Position numbers and translations under genes: made by a program. A DNA stretch of 10,167 bases from Verrucomicrobiaceae bacterium (GTDB taxonomy: Bacteria > Verrucomicrobiota > Verrucomicrobiia > Verrucomicrobiales > Akkermansiaceae): positions 1 to 10,167 of the forward strand of contig JBPOGH010000030.1 of NCBI GenBank assembly GCA_051252135.1, in the 5' to 3' direction. Shown here in pieces: positions 6,313-10,167 of the stretch; the stretch's first letter is position 1, and each line of letters opens with the position of its first letter. The notes under the pieces are model-generated. The model was not told where the DNA came from, searched no databases, and worked only from the letters and a program-made list of their open reading frames with translations.

Positions 6313-7242
6313 GTGCTTACGAGGAGACGGGTATTCCTGATTGCGTTCATGCTGAATGGTCAGGCATGGGCTTCTCTGAGTGTCGATAGTTTCAGTGCGG
6401 CGACCAACGACCGTTTCGCCGATAACGGCAGCTTCTTTGCGAGCGGGTATGATCTTTCGGGGATGGGGCGTGATCCGGATGTGGCTCTAACGGGATATTC
6501 GGGAGGGCATTGGGCGGTGATGGTGAGCCGCAATGTTTTTCTGACAGCGCAGCATTACAATCCGTGGGTTGGGAAGGACCTGGTTTTTTACACGGGGAAC
6601 GATCCGACGGCGCAGGCCATTACGCGGACGATTGCAGGGGCGCAGCAGATTGGCGGGACGGACTTGCGGATTGGTTATCTCGATAGTGCTTTGCCGACAT
6701 CGGTCAAGACCTATGGGTTTTCGACCACTCCGTTGAGTGAAGCGACCTTTGGGGTGTCATCGTTCAATGGTAATCAGGTTATCCTGACGGGGATTTCTCC
6801 GACGACGTCAGGGTATGGCGCTTCCGAAGTGACGAATGCGGCACACGGGCAGAATCGTCTGGAGGGCTTTTTCAGCAACTACACGATCAGTGGGGCGACG
6901 GGCGATTCCCTGCTGACAGTTAAAAATCAGCCGGGGGACGGGACGTATGGTTATTCTTATGTGACCCATGAGGCGGATGTGAACGGGGGAGATTCGGGGA
7001 GTGCGCTTTTTCGGATCGTCGGTGGGGATTTGGAGGTCGCGGGGATCGCGTGGGCGTCGGGGACGGGGAATATCGCGCCTTCCGGATTACCGCCGGAGGT
7101 GCGGGACATCAGTCTCTACACTTACACGGGAAGCTATGCTTCGGATATCCAGGGGTATATTGATCTGCACGCGGTGCCGGAGCCATCGACTGTCCTGTTG
7201 GGAGGGGTGGCGTTGATGCTACTGGGCGGGCGGAGGCGTTAA
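6313..7242 (+). CDS. PEP-CTERM-sorted trypsin-like (S1/PA clan) serine protease
   Basis: N-terminal signal peptide (...GQAWA|SLS). Triad motifs LTAQH (His codon 6553), GTDLRIGYL (Asp codon 6661) and GDSGS (Ser codon 6994). C-terminal VPEPSTVLLGGVALMLLGGRRR exosortase signal (7174-7239). Confidence 0.88.
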   Translation: MLTRRRVFLIAFMLNGQAWASLSVDSFSAATNDRFADNGSFFASGYDLSGMGRDPDVALTGYSGGHWAVMVSRNVFLTAQHYNPWVGKDLVFYTGNDPTAQAITRTIAGAQQIGGTDLRIGYLDSALPTSVKTYGFSTTPLSEATFGVSSFNGNQVILTGISPTTSGYGASEVTNAAHGQNRLEGFFSNYTISGATGDSLLTVKNQPGDGTYGYSYVTHEADVNGGDSGSALFRIVGGDLEVAGIAWASGTGNIAPSGLPPEVRDISLYTYTGSYASDIQGYIDLHAVPEPSTVLLGGVALMLLGGRRR

Positions 7243-7308
7243 GAGGTGTTTTTTCCCCTCGACGGGGGGCGGGGCTTGGGTGAACTTTCCGAGCACGATT
7301 TCCAATCC

Positions 7309-8664
7309 ATGAACACACTTACTATTTTCACCTCCCTTTCGTTAGTTCTTTCATCGGTGGCTGCGGCCCATTGCCCGGCGCATGAGATTGCGGCCGCGCG
7401 AACGAAAGCGGCCGAGCAGAAGAAAGACGTCCTGTTGATTTTTACGGGAGGTGACTGGCATAGTACGAGCAAGATGTTCAAAGAGGGGGTTTTGGATCAG
7501 GAGGCGTTCAAAAAGGCATCCGGGAAGAACTTTGTTGTTCAGAGTTTTGAATTCCCCAAGGAGCAGAAGGAGACCTCGAAGGAATTGAATGAATTGCGTG
7601 AGCAGTTTGCGATCCGGCGGTTACCGACGCTGGTGCTGACCGATGCGTTGGGTCGTCCGTTTGGCTCGACTTCCTTTGGTCCCGGAGGATTGGAAAAGAT
7701 TCTGGCGGATTTTGACAAGAGCATCGCGAAGCGGGTGAAGCGGGACGAGGGATTTGCAAAAGCTGAAAAAGCCAAGGGGGTTGATCGTGCGAAGGCATTG
7801 GTGGAGGGACTTGAGCAAGTGGCCCAGGGTGATCTTCGCAAGTTTTATGAGAATGAACTCAAGGCAGTGAAGGAAGCGGATCCGAAGGGTGAGACCGGTT
7901 TCATTGCGAAGCTGGAAAAGGATGAAGCCTTGCAGAAAGAGCGGGCGCATTATCAGGAGCTCTTTCAGGCGCAGAAGCTGGATGAGATTGTGAAGCAGGG
8001 CCGTGAGGCTGCGGCCGGGGCCAAGGGTGAGGATGCCCAGCGTTTCTCGATGTATGTCATTCAGGCTTTGGTGAGTCAGAAAAAATATGACGAAGCCAAG
8101 AAGCAGATCGCCGAGATGGTGAAGCTTGATGAAAAGACCGAGATGGGCAAATCAGCCGAGCGCTTCAACTCGATTGTTGATCGCATCAGGGAGCGTGATG
8201 AGAAGCAGGCGCAAATGGCCGCGGAGGCAGCCAAGCGACCCAAGGTGGAGAAGAAGCCAGCGGGCCCCATCGTTTCCAAGCCCGTGGCGGTGGTGACGGA
8301 TATCAAGAAGCTTCATGAGGAAGCCAAGGAGCTGGAGGCCAATGCGGCGAAGGCGGCGAAGGCGTCCGAGGAAGCTCAGAAGGAACTGAAGGGTGCGGCG
8401 GAGCGTGTGACAAAACTTGAAAAAGAGCTGGAAGGGCAGCGCAAGGCCCAAAAGAAGGCGGCAGAAAAAGCGGAGAAGGCCAAGGCCGATCACGAACGGT
8501 TGGCGAAGAGATCACAGGCGATGAAAGATGTGATCGAGAATCACGAAGCGATGGAGCGCCGCAAGCGCGAGATTGGCGAGTTGGAGAAGAAAGCGGCGGC
8601 TCTACAAGAGGAAGCAAAGAAGCTTCGCGAGCAGGCTGAGAATATCAAGAAGGGACGCAAGTAG
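7309..8664 (+). CDS. Exported thioredoxin-fold protein lacking CxxC, with helical middle and C-terminal coiled coil (~451 aa)
   Basis: ATG 7309 gives a signal peptide (MNTLTIFTSLSLVLSSVAAA). AAEQKKDVLLIFTGGDW, FVVQSFEFP and LREQFAIRRLPTLVLTDALGRPFG match the FTGSDWCxxC-type (DsbH/Thioredoxin_7-like) thioredoxins. Lys/Glu/Ala-rich heptad-like tail at ~8305-8661. Confidence 0.85.
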   Translation: MNTLTIFTSLSLVLSSVAAAHCPAHEIAAARTKAAEQKKDVLLIFTGGDWHSTSKMFKEGVLDQEAFKKASGKNFVVQSFEFPKEQKETSKELNELREQFAIRRLPTLVLTDALGRPFGSTSFGPGGLEKILADFDKSIAKRVKRDEGFAKAEKAKGVDRAKALVEGLEQVAQGDLRKFYENELKAVKEADPKGETGFIAKLEKDEALQKERAHYQELFQAQKLDEIVKQGREAAAGAKGEDAQRFSMYVIQALVSQKKYDEAKKQIAEMVKLDEKTEMGKSAERFNSIVDRIRERDEKQAQMAAEAAKRPKVEKKPAGPIVSKPVAVVTDIKKLHEEAKELEANAAKAAKASEEAQKELKGAAERVTKLEKELEGQRKAQKKAAEKAEKAKADHERLAKRSQAMKDVIENHEAMERRKREIGELEKKAAALQEEAKKLREQAENIKKGRK

Positions 8665-8769
8665 CTTCCGAGGTGCCCGATGGCCCTGCCTGCGGGTGGG
8701 GCGCGGGTGGCTGCTCCGGCCGTGACGCTGGCGCGTGAATCACTTTAGAGAGTGCAAGAGCGCCAAAGG

Positions 8770-9609
8770 CTAGAGCGGTCTCGCGTAGGTGTCACAGCGG
8801 TTGTCCCAACCTTCGCGCCAGCGGGATTCGCCCCGAGCCTGGGGGGAGTTTTTGATGCGGAGGTGGAGGCGGCGTTTTGCGGAGGCGGCGAACTCGCGGG
8901 CGGCGGCTTGTCCGGCAGGGACGTCACGCATGCCCATGAGGACCCATTTGAGGCCCCAGCCCTGACCGGCGTAGGCTTCGCGCGGGTTGGTGCCGTCACC
9001 CTTAAAGTTGACGTAGTCGACGAGGGCGTAGACGCCATTGGAAGTGGTGGCGACCTTGTCGTAGTTGGCCTGGATGCGGGCGCGGTCGGCCGCGGGTGCG
9101 GCGGCGAGAATTTTGGGGAGAGCGGCGCGGGACTTGTGGGCGATGAACTCGGTCTGGACTCCGATGTTTGCGGCGAGCCAGTTGCGGAGGCCGGTGAGTT
9201 GGGGGCCGTTGAAATCGCGCTGGAAGGCGGGTTTGTTGGGCCACGGGCAGTCGGGGGCGTAGGCGACGGCGGGGAGGCGGAGGCCGCGAGAGGTGGCGAA
9301 TTGGACGAACTCGGGCCAGGTTTCAGTCCAGCGTCCGTTGAAGCCTTTGGGGTACCAGATGAAGTGGCCGATGCCCATGGAGGGGAATTCCTCGCCATCA
9401 TTCCAGTGGGTGAGTCCGGTGACTTTGCCGCCGGATTCATTTTGCCAGATTTTGCGTCCGATGGAGGCTTTTTGGGAGGCGGTGAGCTTGACGGCAGCCT
9501 GGACGGTGGTGGGTGCGGGGGCGTGGCTCCGTTGGGTCACTACGGGAGTGGGGGAGCAGGCGGCGAGGCCGAGGAGGAGAAGGGAGACGGAGAATCGAAG
9601 ACCTTGCAT
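8770..9609 (-). CDS. Lipoprotein with putative lysozyme-like (GH24/T4L-like) domain, 279 aa
   Basis: Lipobox LAA|C18 and a Pro/Thr-rich linker. IWQNE58SG...WND71GEEFPS77MGIGH and ALVDYVNFKG resemble T4-lysozyme motifs. The CDS itself is well supported; the function is inferred. Confidence 0.8.
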   Translation of the reverse strand: MQGLRFSVSLLLLGLAACSPTPVVTQRSHAPAPTTVQAAVKLTASQKASIGRKIWQNESGGKVTGLTHWNDGEEFPSMGIGHFIWYPKGFNGRWTETWPEFVQFATSRGLRLPAVAYAPDCPWPNKPAFQRDFNGPQLTGLRNWLAANIGVQTEFIAHKSRAALPKILAAAPAADRARIQANYDKVATTSNGVYALVDYVNFKGDGTNPREAYAGQGWGLKWVLMGMRDVPAGQAAAREFAASAKRRLHLRIKNSPQARGESRWREGWDNRCDTYARPL

Positions 9610-9615
9610 GGAGGA

Positions 9616-9621
9616 TAAAAT
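9616..9621 (+). promoter_or_regulatory. Possible sigma70 -10 element for the DUF3147-like gene
   Basis: TAAAAT (5/6 to TATAAT), 23 nt before ATG 9645. No clear -35. Confidence 0.3.
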
Positions 9622-9644
9622 GCCGCCAAATTGGCTTCATCGCA

Positions 9645-10055
9645 ATGGACAAAAACGAAGTTCTCAAAGTTCTGACGCCAACTGCATTCGATGTGGTGAA
9701 GATTCTGCTGACGGCGGTGGTGATTCTGGTGGTGACGAAGGTCCAGCTTTTCAGTGACAAGCTATCGGCTTTGCTGATTGCGCTGCCGCTGACATCGTTA
9801 CTGGCGATGATCTGGATGTATCATGCGAAGTCAGCGGGGACGGTGGCGGAGCGGACGGAAGGAATCGCGGGGCATGCGTGGTATACCTTTTGGTTTGTGC
9901 TGCCGACGATGCCGATGTTTTTGATCCTGCCGTGGATGTTGCGGAAGGGGTGGAGTTTTTACCCGGTGCTGATCGCGAACGGAGTGATCACGGCGATCCT
10001 TTTCTGGACGATGGTGGTGGTGCTGAAGCGGTATACTTCGATTCACCTGATGTAA
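9645..10055 (+). CDS. DUF3147-like (GlpM-related) small multi-pass membrane protein, 136 aa
   Basis: ATG 9645. About four hydrophobic segments. KILLTAVVI, ALLIALPLTSLLAMIWMY, IAGHAWYTFWFVLPTMPMFLILP and GWSF are typical of this family. Confidence 0.8.
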   Translation: MDKNEVLKVLTPTAFDVVKILLTAVVILVVTKVQLFSDKLSALLIALPLTSLLAMIWMYHAKSAGTVAERTEGIAGHAWYTFWFVLPTMPMFLILPWMLRKGWSFYPVLIANGVITAILFWTMVVVLKRYTSIHLM

Positions 10056-10167
10056 TACCACTCCGAGTTCCAAAATAGCGGAATGTTTGTTTTAAGGGCT
10101 CATTTTTGAACAGCACTTTGTGGAGTTGATAAAGCCGAGCGCTTTCTTGAGATAGCGGCGTTTTTCC

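Noticed and set aside
7249..7275. TTTTTT-CCCCTC-GAC-GGGGGG as a terminator for the PEP-CTERM gene
   Set aside because: The T-run precedes the hairpin on + and reads as an A-run after it on -, so it fits neither orientation.
7282..7306. GAACTT...TCCAA as a third ECF promoter, before the thioredoxin-like gene
   Set aside because: The spacing is shorter than in the repeat promoters and the -10 does not match GTCT. Too weak to call.
8665..8769. Hairpins in the convergent intergenic gap (GCCCTGCC/GGTGGGGC; TGGCGC/GCGCCA)
   Set aside because: The stems are short or rely on G-U pairs, lack U-tracts, and are expected by chance at this GC content.
8745..9618. ORFs 8752-9618 (+) and 8745-9440 (-)
   Set aside because: Their low-complexity Gly/Val/Glu-rich or Pro/Ser-rich translations are alternative frames of the lipoprotein gene 8770-9609, which has the lipobox and conserved-looking motifs.

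Overview
The window looks like chromosomal DNA from a Verrucomicrobiota bacterium (Luteolibacter/Haloferula/Akkermansiaceae-like). This is inferred from a Verru_Chthon-A-like giant pilin-type protein and a PEP-CTERM protein. Seven credible protein genes are present: (1) an Ogt/MGMT alkyltransferase with an extra N-terminal domain that is not Ada; (2) a 1300-aa PilX/GspK-like prepilin-leader protein; (3) its probable ~251-aa secreted partner; (4) a PEP-CTERM trypsin-like serine protease; (5) an exported thioredoxin-fold protein lacking CxxC, with a long coiled coil; (6) a minus-strand lipoprotein with T4-lysozyme-like motifs; (7) a DUF3147-like membrane protein. The most striking element is at 1-424: a tandem array with a 222-bp period, at least two copies, cut by the window edge. 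Each copy looks like a complete minus-strand mini transcription unit: an ECF-sigma-like promoter (GAAC-N17-GTCT), a possible leaderless 11-codon ORF (MKPRNFCEFSI), a structured hairpin and a perfect 12-bp intrinsic terminator. These are candidate sibling sRNAs or micropeptide genes. All family assignments come from motif recognition by eye; no searches were run.
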